A DNA stretch of 64,000 nt, from the IMG/VR virus record IMGVR_UViG_3300044630_006877, one strand, 5' to 3'. The position numbers and the translations under genes are program-made. A model generated the notes under the pieces. That model ran no database searches and had not been told where the DNA came from. It saw nothing but the letters and a program-made list of their open reading frames with translations. Below, in pieces: positions 18,844 through 28,795 of this stretch. Positions within the stretch are counted from its first letter, which is position 1. Every line of letters starts with the position of its first letter. The DNA comes from an uncultured virus (IMG/VR IMGVR_UViG_3300044630_006877). Taxonomy: Duplodnaviria; Heunggongvirae; Uroviricota; Caudoviricetes.

Positions 18844-19169
18844 TGGACTCCGACATCAAGGTGCATTTCACGCTGGATGGCGACGACATCCGCTGCACCA
18901 TGGACGTCCCCGAACCCGAGACGACATCGCAAGCTGTCGAGAACGCGGAGAAGCTCGGCACGCTGCTGGCCCTGATCCAGACGGGGAAGATCCTGCCGGT
19001 CGTGAACTTTGCTCTGGCCCGCTGCGGGCTGGTCAATGACCGGATTTCCGAGTTCGAGTATGTCATGAAGGCCATGTATGTCGGGATGTCGCTGAGCCTT
19101 CCCGGCGACAGCAAGAGCGTCCCGGTCGTCAGTCCAACCGAAGCGTTTCTTTTCAAGAAAGAAGTCTGA
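18843..19169 (+). CDS. hypothetical protein
   Basis: TGATG-coupled ORF. Confidence 0.55.
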   Translation: MDSDIKVHFTLDGDDIRCTMDVPEPETTSQAVENAEKLGTLLALIQTGKILPVVNFALARCGLVNDRISEFEYVMKAMYVGMSLSLPGDSKSVPVVSPTEAFLFKKEV

Positions 19170-19170
19170 C

Positions 19171-19965
19171 ATGTCAGCAAGGATCATTGCCGATTCCATC
19201 AATCCTGCTGGCAACCGGATCACCACGCTGGTGGTTCGTTTTCCGAGATTCATCCTGGCGGAATGGAATACGCACAGAATTTTTTCCAGAAACGCGGCTT
19301 CAAGCAGAGCGATTCCGACAGCCAAGATTATCGATCAGGTCCAGAACGATCCGGCCATGCCGATCCACTGGGGCAAGAATCAGCCCGGCATGAAGGCCCG
19401 CTCCGAGCTTTCCCCGTCCGACCAGCCGGTCGCTGAAACCATCTGGTTGCAGGCGCGAGACCACGCCGTCTTCAAGGCTCAGGAAATGCTCTCTCTCGGC
19501 GTCCACAAGCAGATTGTCAACAGGATGCTTGAACCGTGGATGAAGGTCAGCGTGCTGGTCACCGCCACCGAGTGGGACAACTTCTTCAAGCTGCGCTGTC
19601 ACCCAGACGCCCAGCCTGAGATGCAGCACCTCGCCTTGGAGATCAAGGAGGCCTTTCAGAACAGCACTACGGTGGTGCTGAATCCCGGGGAGTGGCACAC
19701 ACCCTTCGGGGATCGCTGCGAGGGCCTGACCAACGAGGAGCGGCTCAAGGTTGCCACCGCCCGCGCCGCCCGCATCTCCTACGAGACCTTCGATGGCCAG
19801 ATCGATGCCCAGAAAGATTTCGCCCTACATGACGACCTGGCCCAGTCCGGTCACTGGTCACCATTTGAACATTCAGCCGTCGCCTTGATGGGGGATGTGT
19901 CCATCGGCAATTTCCGAGGCTGGAAGCAGTATCGAAAGTTTTTCGTTGGAGAAGACGGCAAATGA
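19171..19965 (+). CDS. thyX: flavin-dependent thymidylate synthase (phage type)
   Basis: THRIFSRNAASSRAIP (HR-X7-S); HKQIVNR; AQPEM; HWSPFEH. Confidence 0.85.
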   Translation: MSARIIADSINPAGNRITTLVVRFPRFILAEWNTHRIFSRNAASSRAIPTAKIIDQVQNDPAMPIHWGKNQPGMKARSELSPSDQPVAETIWLQARDHAVFKAQEMLSLGVHKQIVNRMLEPWMKVSVLVTATEWDNFFKLRCHPDAQPEMQHLALEIKEAFQNSTTVVLNPGEWHTPFGDRCEGLTNEERLKVATARAARISYETFDGQIDAQKDFALHDDLAQSGHWSPFEHSAVALMGDVSIGNFRGWKQYRKFFVGEDGK

Positions 19966-20585
19966 AAAAGAAAATTCAATGGCTGAAGTGGGTCGACCCA
20001 CTACGCTGGCAGGACACGAAAGACCCGGAGCTTTCCGGCGAACAATCCACGACGGATTCTTTTTCCGAAGACGATGGCGATCAGGATTCGGCCCGTCATA
20101 TCCGCATGATTTCTGGACCATACGGCCTTGTCCCCGTTGGCGAGCACGGCCTATCCAGCAAGCTGTACAAACTCTGGGTTGCCCACACCAATTTCGACAT
20201 CACCGATTCCGTGGTCGGGACGATCGAGGAAATTCCCGGCGTTGAGATCCTCAGGGTCTGGACTCGTTACCGCATGTGGGTCGGCATCGCCAATCTCTTT
20301 GACACGACCGAGGTGCAAAAGGCGATTGACTATGCTTTGTGCGGTGAGCCGGACCCCCCCGCTCCCCGATCCGTCAGCAAGAGAAAGGATGCCGCTGTCA
20401 GCATCCTCGTCAAGAGACTCAAAAAGGAACACCAGAATGAAGCTTGGGCTATTTGTCGATTACCAGACGGGACTCTTTGGGCTGGTACTGGAGCCGATTC
20501 TGCAACAGTCATCCAGACCATTACAGATGAAGGACTCGCCGACAACATCATTGCGTCCAGCTGGGAGAAAAGTGGTCGTGCGTGA
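19962..20585 (+). CDS. conserved phage hypothetical protein
   Basis: W.KW.DP...WVAHTNFDIT...IPGVEIL...TRYR. Confidence 0.6.
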   Translation: MKKKIQWLKWVDPLRWQDTKDPELSGEQSTTDSFSEDDGDQDSARHIRMISGPYGLVPVGEHGLSSKLYKLWVAHTNFDITDSVVGTIEEIPGVEILRVWTRYRMWVGIANLFDTTEVQKAIDYALCGEPDPPAPRSVSKRKDAAVSILVKRLKKEHQNEAWAICRLPDGTLWAGTGADSATVIQTITDEGLADNIIASSWEKSGRA

Positions 20586-21093
20586 AGTCACCGATCAACA
20601 GATTAGGGACGCCCTGAATGTTGAGGACAACCGCAATATCATGCGGAAAGTGACCTCAAAGTACTCGGCCATGATTGGCGTCGACGACCTTTACACTTGC
20701 AGTCTGTACGCCCTCTGGCGCACCTTGCAGTGTCACGATCCGAGCTACAACCAGAAGTTCACCACCAGCCTGTTTCGTTTTTGCGAGTGGGAATGTCAAC
20801 GCGAGCTTCGCAAAAAGCGGACCAAAGTGCTTTCCATGACCGTGCCGCTTGAGCAGGCGTCCCAGTCCGAGATCGGCGAGGAGACCCTGCCATCCGTCGA
20901 CAACGAGTGGGTGAGGGAGGCCATCAGCCAGCTTGATGAGGAAGACCGGGAGATTGTCCAGTTCTATTTTATCGAGAACCACAGCCTTCGCGAAGTCTCA
21001 GCCAAGTTTGGCCTGTCAAAACAAGCTGCCCGCAAACGCAAGGCCGAGGCCATGCAAAAATTGAAGGAACGACTCGAAGGTTATTCTGGTTAA
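20578..21093 (+). CDS. sigma-70-like factor
   Basis: YALWRTLQCHDP...KFTTSLFRF; LDEEDREIVQFYFIENHSLREVSAKFGLS. Confidence 0.8.
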   Translation: MREVTDQQIRDALNVEDNRNIMRKVTSKYSAMIGVDDLYTCSLYALWRTLQCHDPSYNQKFTTSLFRFCEWECQRELRKKRTKVLSMTVPLEQASQSEIGEETLPSVDNEWVREAISQLDEEDREIVQFYFIENHSLREVSAKFGLSKQAARKRKAEAMQKLKERLEGYSG

Positions 21094-21133
21094 TATCGAT
21101 AGCCCAAAGGTATGTGTCAAACGGGAGAGATAT

Positions 21134-21391
21134 ATGGCTACTAATGTGGATCAAGTCAAGCGTTATGTCGAGATCGTTGTGAGTGCAGCCGCCTGGATTG
21201 AGAAGATGATCCCGGGCCAGGCTGACGACAAGGTCATTGCCGCCTTGTCCAAATTGGCCACCCAGCCCTGGTTTGCAGAATTCGCAACCTACATCCTGAA
21301 CCTTTTTGAGGACGGCAAAGAACCCTCCTTGGCCGAACTGAACCTGGCCCTGACTCAATTTGTTCCCACCAAGATTGGCCCAGTTAACTGA
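21134..21391 (+). CDS. hypothetical protein
   Basis: GGGAG RBS; amphipathic helices. Confidence 0.55.
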   Translation: MATNVDQVKRYVEIVVSAAAWIEKMIPGQADDKVIAALSKLATQPWFAEFATYILNLFEDGKEPSLAELNLALTQFVPTKIGPVN

Positions 21392-21399
21392 GGTGCTTT

Positions 21400-22212
21400 G
21401 TGCGTAAGGCTTTGTTTGCCCTGTCATTCGTTCTGTTTTTTGCGTTGAGCGTCTCGGCGCAAGACAAATTTCCCTTGCCCAAGCAGTCGATTGTTGGGGC
21501 GGAAAAGCCTATCCCACTTGGCGAACTGGTTGATCTTGGCCTCTCCCCCATCGAGAGCAAGCCAGCCAATCTTGTTTCTTCCGCCGTGGACTGGAAGGTG
21601 TTTGAGGGCGGCGTCCTCAAGCGCGTCCGTCCGACCGGGGAGGGGATTTTTTTCGGTGCTGGCGTTCAGCCTAAAAAGTTACTTGTCATTGCGTCCGTCA
21701 GCTACCTATATGTAACTAAGGAAGGCGACAAGATCACAGATGCTCAGACTAGGATTCAAGTCCTAACCGCTGAGTTACAAATTGGCCAGTCCGAACCAAT
21801 CCCGGGTCCAACTCCCACACCCACCCCAGGCCCGGGACCTGCTCCGACCCCCACCCCCACGCTGCCGGACGGGCGGTTCGGGCTGGCCAAAACTTCCTTC
21901 CTTCTCGCCACCTCCAAGGTAGCCGCCCCAAGAGATAAGGCCGCCCTGCTCATGGCCGAGGCCTTTGATTCCATCGCCTCTTCGGTTGCGGCAGGGGCCT
22001 ACAAGACCGCCGACACCATCCTGAAGGCGACCAAAGACGCCAACAATGCCGCTCTCGCTTCGGCGAACCTCAGCCCGGAACCCTGGGAAGAGTTCGGGGC
22101 GGAGATGCAAAAGGTTCTGTACGAGATGTACAAGACCAAGAAGATAGCCACCGTTGAAGATTATGCCGACGCATGGCGTGAAATTGCAACCGGTCTGAAG
22201 GCGGTGAAATAG
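21400..22212 (+). CDS. secreted two-domain protein with Pro-Thr linker
   Basis: Signal peptide; PIPGPTPTPTPGPGPAPTPTP; helical C-terminal domain ending WREIATGL. Confidence 0.7.
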   Translation: MRKALFALSFVLFFALSVSAQDKFPLPKQSIVGAEKPIPLGELVDLGLSPIESKPANLVSSAVDWKVFEGGVLKRVRPTGEGIFFGAGVQPKKLLVIASVSYLYVTKEGDKITDAQTRIQVLTAELQIGQSEPIPGPTPTPTPGPGPAPTPTPTLPDGRFGLAKTSFLLATSKVAAPRDKAALLMAEAFDSIASSVAAGAYKTADTILKATKDANNAALASANLSPEPWEEFGAEMQKVLYEMYKTKKIATVEDYADAWREIATGLKAVK

Positions 22213-22213
22213 C

Positions 22214-23149
22214 ATGGATACTGAGATTATCGACGCTTATCGTAGCGGTAAAGAATCTGGCTGGCCAGGCGCTGAACAGGCCGCCATCGGCTACCAGATG
22301 GTGAAGGACGACTACAACTTCATCGACTTCCAGATTGTCGGAGCCATCGGTGCCCCGCCCCAATTCTCCGAGAATTACCGGGTCGCCCGCAAGGTTTTGG
22401 GCCAAGATGTCGGCGGAAAATCGAGCGTGCAGCTGATCGGGGACTGTGTCTCCTGGGGGATGAAGCACGCCATTGAGTATCTCTCCTGCGTGGACATCCT
22501 CATGCGTAAAGACGCCGAGGAATTCCACCATGTCTTTGCCCCCTACATCTACGGCATCAGTCGCGTTCAGGTCGGAGGCGGTCGCATGTCTGGCGACGGC
22601 TCGATCGGCTCGTGGGCTGCCGCTGGCGTGATGAAGTACGGCACCATTTTCGCCGACAAGGATGAGTGTCCACCCTACGGCAAGGACATCGCTCGCAAAT
22701 GGGGCAGCAAGGGTCCGGACGCCAAGTTTGTCGACATTGGCAAGAAGTATCTTGTCCAGTCCGCCGCCAAGGTAAAGACCTGGGACGAGTTGATTGCCGG
22801 TCTGGCCAACGGCTATTCCTGCACGGTGGCCAGCAACCAGGGTTTTGAGATGACCCCCGGCGCTGACGGCTACCACGACCCCAGCGGTTCTTGGGCGCAT
22901 CAGATGTGCATCTATGACTACTGCCTGGTCGATCAGGAACACGCCTACATAGGCAACTCCTGGGGTGATTCCCACGGCGTGGTCAAGAATCCGGGTACTG
23001 GCGAGGAAATGCCGCGTGGAACGCTGAAGGTCAAGCGCAAGATCATTGAGCGCATGATCGGTCAGGGCGACACCTTCCTGATCTCCCAGTTCAACGGCTT
23101 CCCCAACCAAGACATCCCGTCTGCCCTGTTTGATCTGGTGGGCAAGTGA
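22214..23149 (+). CDS. papain-like (C1) cysteine protease
   Basis: QLIGDCVSWG (Q/C), WAHQM (H), NSWG (N). Confidence 0.8.
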   Translation: MDTEIIDAYRSGKESGWPGAEQAAIGYQMVKDDYNFIDFQIVGAIGAPPQFSENYRVARKVLGQDVGGKSSVQLIGDCVSWGMKHAIEYLSCVDILMRKDAEEFHHVFAPYIYGISRVQVGGGRMSGDGSIGSWAAAGVMKYGTIFADKDECPPYGKDIARKWGSKGPDAKFVDIGKKYLVQSAAKVKTWDELIAGLANGYSCTVASNQGFEMTPGADGYHDPSGSWAHQMCIYDYCLVDQEHAYIGNSWGDSHGVVKNPGTGEEMPRGTLKVKRKIIERMIGQGDTFLISQFNGFPNQDIPSALFDLVGK

Positions 23150-23373
23150 AATCCATCGCCCTAAGCATGTTTCTGGTGGGGGCTGCGCAGCCCGCAGAGA
23201 CTTTCAATTTGATTCCTTCGGCCGACTGGATAGCCCCCTACGGCTCGGCTCTGGCTCAAAACCCAGCCAATCTTGAGCATTGGTGGTGGGATGGCAGATT
23301 GAAGTGTTGGTGGCGACGCGGACCCAAGAGGCCTATAGATGAGCGATTCTCAGCAAGACAACTCAAAAACTGA
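23146..23373 (+). CDS. small secreted Trp-rich protein
   Basis: Signal-like N-terminus; HWWWDG..CWW. Confidence 0.45.
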   Translation: MKSIALSMFLVGAAQPAETFNLIPSADWIAPYGSALAQNPANLEHWWWDGRLKCWWRRGPKRPIDERFSARQLKN

Positions 23374-23686
23374 ACCGGCAAAGAGCGGCCAGTACCCCGT
23401 ACTTCAAGGGTATCTGGAGGAAAATCTGGTCGGTTTTGATCCGTTTACAATTCTGATGATCATTTCGATCGGAATTCAGGCTCTTCGCCTGCTGTGGGAG
23501 TGCAAAAAAGCCCGCGCCACCCTCCAAGCCTTGGCTCGTGGTAACGGCCCAGTCACCCGGATGTATGTTCACCATAAGGTGTATAAGCAGTTAATCCGGG
23601 CCGGATTTGAAGAAGAAAAGGCGCACGCAGCGTCGCAGGCCCTCCGACTAGCATTTGCCGAGGGGCGGTTCGACGATGGCGGATGA
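23339..23686 (+). CDS. hypothetical protein with one hydrophobic helix
   Basis: GFDPFTILMIISIGIQALRLLWEC. Confidence 0.55.
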   Translation: MSDSQQDNSKTEPAKSGQYPVLQGYLEENLVGFDPFTILMIISIGIQALRLLWECKKARATLQALARGNGPVTRMYVHHKVYKQLIRAGFEEEKAHAASQALRLAFAEGRFDDGG

Positions 23687-24761
23687 CTTTCGACGATTTG
23701 GGGGCAGCGCAGCATTCCTAAAGGTCTCTGTTGACGCAGCTGCTGAATATTTAGTCATCGAAGGTGTAAATCCTTTTCCTACCGCATACCCATTCGATAT
23801 TGTCATAGATTCTGAAATCTTAAAAGTTTATAATGTTTCATATAACTACGGGCTTGACGGTCGTTCTCTTTTTGTGCGCCGTGGCCAAGAATCTACAGTT
23901 GCGACCAAGCATCTCAAGGGTCGTCCGGTAATCCCGGTTCTCACCAAAAAAGCTCTTCTGACCGTGACTGACAACAAGGGGTATTCCTCTGTTCGTCCCG
24001 TCGCAGACACTTCTATCGTTGTCAAAACCGTTGAAGGCAACGGGATTTTTCTGATCGATCCAATAACAAACGACTGGCGACAATTTAAGGCCAGGGAAGA
24101 AGTTTTACCGCCCCTTTTGAGTGATGGCGAGTGCGCTGATATTTTTGCCTACTGGAACGAGATAGCCCAAGAAACCCGATACTTTATGGTGATCTGGTCT
24201 GGTGGGGTTGTGCGTCCAGCCAAAACCCTGAACAGCGGCGTGCCGGTCAGGTCAGACAGCTTCAGCATCACGCCAAGGCGTTACATTGGCACGGTTCAGA
24301 GGCAGGGAAGTCTGTACACGCCGACAGCATACAGGGTCAATCTGGCGACAGCCAACAATCTGACTGCGCGTCACGAGGGGTTCAAGGTTGTCAGGCTTAA
24401 TCCAACCGTAAGCGGCGCTGTCCTGCATGGCTTGCAATCAGCCCGGGATGGCAAAGCAATAACCCTGAGCAATATCTCTTCCTCGCAGGCAGTCCTGCTG
24501 AAACACTTCTCCTCGTCGGCGTTGACCAACGAGAAGTTCGTACTTCCAAGCGGTGGAGATTTGACCATCCCGCCCGGAGGTGGGGTGGTGTGCGTTTACG
24601 ATGTTGTGACCAGAGCTTGGCGAATCGTCAATAACTGCTTTATCCGCCCGCCCAGAAACAACGACCCCGACCTGGTCATGAACGCTCTGGAAGATGGCCT
24701 GGGTAATCTGCTGGCTTATTCCGACGGATCAGGCGATCTGATTCTTTATCAAGGAAATTAA
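23676..24761 (+). CDS. putative virion fibre/appendage protein
   Basis: IDSEI.....RGQEST.A..H motif typical of tail-associated domains; paralog of the next gene's N-terminus. Confidence 0.6.
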   Translation: MADDFRRFGGSAAFLKVSVDAAAEYLVIEGVNPFPTAYPFDIVIDSEILKVYNVSYNYGLDGRSLFVRRGQESTVATKHLKGRPVIPVLTKKALLTVTDNKGYSSVRPVADTSIVVKTVEGNGIFLIDPITNDWRQFKAREEVLPPLLSDGECADIFAYWNEIAQETRYFMVIWSGGVVRPAKTLNSGVPVRSDSFSITPRRYIGTVQRQGSLYTPTAYRVNLATANNLTARHEGFKVVRLNPTVSGAVLHGLQSARDGKAITLSNISSSQAVLLKHFSSSALTNEKFVLPSGGDLTIPPGGGVVCVYDVVTRAWRIVNNCFIRPPRNNDPDLVMNALEDGLGNLLAYSDGSGDLILYQGN

Positions 24762-24763
24762 AA

Positions 24764-27700
24764 ATGGCCGGGAAACTACATCGTTTTTCTAACCAGGCTG
24801 TCACCTACCTTGCGACCCCTATTAGCTCGACAGATACCGAAATCACGGTCGCCAACATCCTGCGTTTCCCGCCCCCTCCTTTTGAGATCAGCTGCGGGCA
24901 AGAGGTGATGCGGGTCACCGCCGTAGACGAACAAACCAACACCCTGACGGTTTTGCGTGGTCAAGAAGGCACCAGTGCCGTGCTGCACTATGCCAGCGAT
25001 CCCATCGCCCACACAGTCACCCGAGACGGATTGCTCGACACCGTAGACAATAACGGGTTGGCCAACGCCGCCCTGTCGTTCTCTGCAACCGACACGGAAG
25101 CTGCTGGTTCAGGCACGGTCTATCTGGCGCCCCTTCAAGGGAACAATATCGCTTTGTGGGATTCAATTGAGAGCCGCTGGCGCAAGATCACCCTCGACCC
25201 AGCCCCTTCGGTGTCGGCGTCTGAGCCTGCTGGCAAATGCGTGGATGTTTTCGCCTATTGGGACGGCGCCTTCTCTATCGTTTTGCAAAAGGTCGTCTGG
25301 GATCGGAGCGCGGGTCGTCCTTCGGGGTACAACCTTGTCCGGGTAGATGGCGTTCTCGTCAGTGAGTTTTCGACCACCTGGCGTCATGTCGGCAGCTACC
25401 AAATGCTGGCCAACTCGGCAGTCGCCCTGTCTTCGCACACCCCTGTCCTGTCAGGGGCAAGCACCAACGAATTGATGCGATACGACAAGACCATCGTTCG
25501 CATAGACCCACCCATCAACGGCTTTGAAATCAACGGTGTGCAAAAGATCGCCGACGGAGAAACGGTCTATCTGCTGAATATCAGCGGTACAGACAGCTTT
25601 TACCTCAAGCACAACTCAGGACTGACTCCGGCTGGTTGCAAGCTGCTCATTCTTGACCAGGATGATTACCCGGTTTATCCCCTGAGCGGCGTCACGCTTG
25701 TGTACGATGCCGTGGCTGCTGGCTACAGGGTGTTGGGGGCTTGCTGCACCACGACCACGACGACCACAACCACCACAACCACTAGCACAACCACCACCAG
25801 CACGACCACGACGACATCGACCACACCGTCTCTCGGCACGACCACCACCACGACCACAGCCGACCCGAACACAACCACGACATCAACCACCACCACATCG
25901 ACCACGACGCCTTCCCCCGTCATCGTTCAAAACTGCTTGTCGGAAACAACCTATGTCCGCGCGGTGAACGCCAATAACGGCTCCTATCGTTTTGAATTCA
26001 GCGACAACAACACCAATTGGTATGAGGTCACATCTGCAAGCTCGAAGTGGGTGGCCAATAAAACTTATTTGTTCCACTTGACCAATGGTTCGACCCACCC
26101 CTGGCGCGTGTTTGACAGCCAGGGCTTCAGTCGTCTGGTCAAAACGACCACCAATGGTGCCAGCGGGAATGTGGCTGATGGCTTTTACGGTGGGGATGTG
26201 ACCCTGACCGTCACTTTGAACGACAACGCCCCATTCAGTTTTGATTGCGGCACGCACAATCAGGAAGGCCAAAACAACGCTTTCCTTTACAACGGCACTT
26301 GCACGGAGTGCGCTCAGCCGAATATGTATGTGCGTTTGAACATGGACCCGGCCACCCTTCCCGCCCCACCGGCCTGGCCTTCAAATGTTCCCGAGGTTCA
26401 GGTTCGCTTCAGGAACGATGGTGACTTTTATTTTGGTCCACCGGACAGCGTCGGAAACGCTCTGGCTCGCGGCAAAATAGATTTTCCAAATACTGCTGGT
26501 GTCATCTCGGGTTTGGTTTTGAGACTGTACGGCGTCACGGCCTCTCAGAATACCACAAGCACAGTGCTGCTGCTTCGTTCTCCGACAGGCAAGGATCTTC
26601 TTGTCGCCGGAGAATTGTCTGTCCCGCAAAACAACACGGGCGTGGATTACACGATCAACAACGACTCGGGCAATGCCCTGTTGTCTTTCGGGACCACAGG
26701 CTCTTTCAGGCCAAATCCAAACAGCAATCAAGGCGAAAACTACTGGACTGATTCTTCCAGCCCCTACGGCACTACTTTCCCCGATCTGTTCAGCGACTCT
26801 CCAACCGGCGAATGGACCCTTGGCTTGATCTCCAACAAAACCGGAGGCACCGCCGAAGTAAAAATTAAAAGCTGGTCTTTGGAGGTCCTTGTTTCGACCG
26901 GTGAATCGCACACGGTTTGGTCTGTCGATCGTCAAGACGCCGGAAAAACACCTCTTTCTGCTTGGCCATACCAGCCAGATACCGTTGTTCAAAACGGGTC
27001 GATCGATGGATTCGCTACTTATCCAGCAAGCTTGGGCGCAAACAGTATCAGCTATTTCCGCTTCCGTTCCCAGTATGCGGCGAATTACTATCTCAACGCA
27101 GGCGGCGTCAATACCGGCGGCATTCGGCTGGACATCTACAGGAACTGGGACGCTTCCGGCAGTCCGGATACGACCTACACAAACCTGTTTGACTCGCAAC
27201 AGAAAAGGTTGTCCTGCACCGCTGGCGAGTTCATCACGTTCAAATTCACCAACACCGTTGATTCGTCGAAACAAATACGCCTGAAAATGCAAACTCCAGG
27301 CGTGCATTACGAGATCAGCGCCGACGAACAGAACTGGTTCATGCCGAGCAGGTGGAAGTGGGGCGGGAGTAGTGCTACCGCTGCGGCCACCTACAATCTG
27401 AATTTAAAACGGCTCACCAACAGCAAGTTCGCCATTCGGTTGCTTGAGGGTACGGTCACGACGAGCTTTACCCCCATGCCTGGAGGTGGTGGCGTTGGGC
27501 AGACGACCAGCGAATCCAATACGTTCTACTATTACAATTCCATCAAGTCTGATACGCAGGAATTGGTGTTCACGATGGGGGGTTCCAGCCCTGCCACACG
27601 CCATATGGAAACCCTGACGGGCGTTCTACACACCGACAATGACGCCAACGACCCAGAACGCCAAGCAATTAAGTATGACAACGCCTGTCGTGGCGGTAAT

Positions 27701-28795
27701 CCGCCTGAAGATACGACTCCTCCTCCGACGACTACTGGTCAACCCTGGACAGTTGGCTACTACTGTGTGAATGACGCTTATCAATCAACAAAGACTTGTG
27801 GTTATATAGACAGTCGTCCCGCAGAGAATCCGCTGGTTACTTATGAGGGGCCATACAATTCATTGTCGGCGTGCAATGCGGCTTGTACTTATCCGACCCT
27901 TGCCCCGACGACTACGACCGGCGACCCTAATACCACAACGACAACCACTACCAGCGCCCCTATTGCTGCTGGATATTATTGTCTATTTGAAAATTATAGC
28001 AGTATGCCAAATGGAATAGTTCGTTTTGTTTGTAGATATATTAATCAAGGTGGTTATATAGACTATCCATACACTCAAATTTACTCTGGGCCTTATGATA
28101 TTATGGAAGGAGGTTGTCCCGATGGTTGTCCTTCAAATACCACTACGACGACAACAACGACCACAACTACCACGCCAGCCCCTACTACGACAACCACCCA
28201 ACCTCCAGCAAATTATGGTTGTGTTAAGTATGTCTCTGTTGGAAATCCAGACTATTATTTGTGTGTTGCGCCGGGCGGAAGCTATCCAGGTAGCACGACA
28301 TATAATGGGATTAGCTATACCGCTCAATCGGTCACTATGGTTTTGGACTGCTCGACTTGTGGCGATGGCGGTGGCGGAGGAGGTGGCGGAGGTGGGGTAA
28401 CTACTACAGCTGCGCCGGAAGATCCGACAACGACGGCTGCGCCGACAACGACGACAACAAGTACGACAACTACAACAAGTACGACGACTTCGACAACTAC
28501 AACTACGACTACCACGCCAGCCCCGACCACTTCTGGGCCGACCCCAAGCCCGACCACCACAGGACCAACCCCAAGCCCAACAACAACCGGTGCTGGCACA
28601 ACCAATGATCCGACCTTAACGACTCAGCCGGGCACAACCAGCGGAACTTCATACAGATATAATTGCACAGTATCAGCTCTGTCTGGGAGCAACACTTATT
28701 ACGACTGTAACTCAACTGGTAGCACAACAAACGGCACTTATGCCACACTTCAAGATTGTTTGAATGCTGGCTGTCAGGGTTGGAGACCCAATTAG
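24764..28795 (+). CDS. large modular virion/adhesin protein with Thr-rich linkers, P-domain-like region and Cys-rich modules
   Basis: RGQEGT.A..H N-domain; poly-Thr tracts; LLLRSPTG...PTGEWTL..D/S...IKSWSL resembles a proprotein convertase P domain. Confidence 0.7.
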   Translation: MAGKLHRFSNQAVTYLATPISSTDTEITVANILRFPPPPFEISCGQEVMRVTAVDEQTNTLTVLRGQEGTSAVLHYASDPIAHTVTRDGLLDTVDNNGLANAALSFSATDTEAAGSGTVYLAPLQGNNIALWDSIESRWRKITLDPAPSVSASEPAGKCVDVFAYWDGAFSIVLQKVVWDRSAGRPSGYNLVRVDGVLVSEFSTTWRHVGSYQMLANSAVALSSHTPVLSGASTNELMRYDKTIVRIDPPINGFEINGVQKIADGETVYLLNISGTDSFYLKHNSGLTPAGCKLLILDQDDYPVYPLSGVTLVYDAVAAGYRVLGACCTTTTTTTTTTTTSTTTTSTTTTTSTTPSLGTTTTTTTADPNTTTTSTTTTSTTTPSPVIVQNCLSETTYVRAVNANNGSYRFEFSDNNTNWYEVTSASSKWVANKTYLFHLTNGSTHPWRVFDSQGFSRLVKTTTNGASGNVADGFYGGDVTLTVTLNDNAPFSFDCGTHNQEGQNNAFLYNGTCTECAQPNMYVRLNMDPATLPAPPAWPSNVPEVQVRFRNDGDFYFGPPDSVGNALARGKIDFPNTAGVISGLVLRLYGVTASQNTTSTVLLLRSPTGKDLLVAGELSVPQNNTGVDYTINNDSGNALLSFGTTGSFRPNPNSNQGENYWTDSSSPYGTTFPDLFSDSPTGEWTLGLISNKTGGTAEVKIKSWSLEVLVSTGESHTVWSVDRQDAGKTPLSAWPYQPDTVVQNGSIDGFATYPASLGANSISYFRFRSQYAANYYLNAGGVNTGGIRLDIYRNWDASGSPDTTYTNLFDSQQKRLSCTAGEFITFKFTNTVDSSKQIRLKMQTPGVHYEISADEQNWFMPSRWKWGGSSATAAATYNLNLKRLTNSKFAIRLLEGTVTTSFTPMPGGGGVGQTTSESNTFYYYNSIKSDTQELVFTMGGSSPATRHMETLTGVLHTDNDANDPERQAIKYDNACRGGNPPEDTTPPPTTTGQPWTVGYYCVNDAYQSTKTCGYIDSRPAENPLVTYEGPYNSLSACNAACTYPTLAPTTTTGDPNTTTTTTTSAPIAAGYYCLFENYSSMPNGIVRFVCRYINQGGYIDYPYTQIYSGPYDIMEGGCPDGCPSNTTTTTTTTTTTTPAPTTTTTQPPANYGCVKYVSVGNPDYYLCVAPGGSYPGSTTYNGISYTAQSVTMVLDCSTCGDGGGGGGGGGGVTTTAAPEDPTTTAAPTTTTTSTTTTTSTTTSTTTTTTTTPAPTTSGPTPSPTTTGPTPSPTTTGAGTTNDPTLTTQPGTTSGTSYRYNCTVSALSGSNTYYDCNSTGSTTNGTYATLQDCLNAGCQGWRPN

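Noticed and set aside
27700..28795. Variable Cys-rich modules as diversity-generating retroelement targets
   Set aside because: No template repeat differing at adenines and no reverse transcriptase in the window
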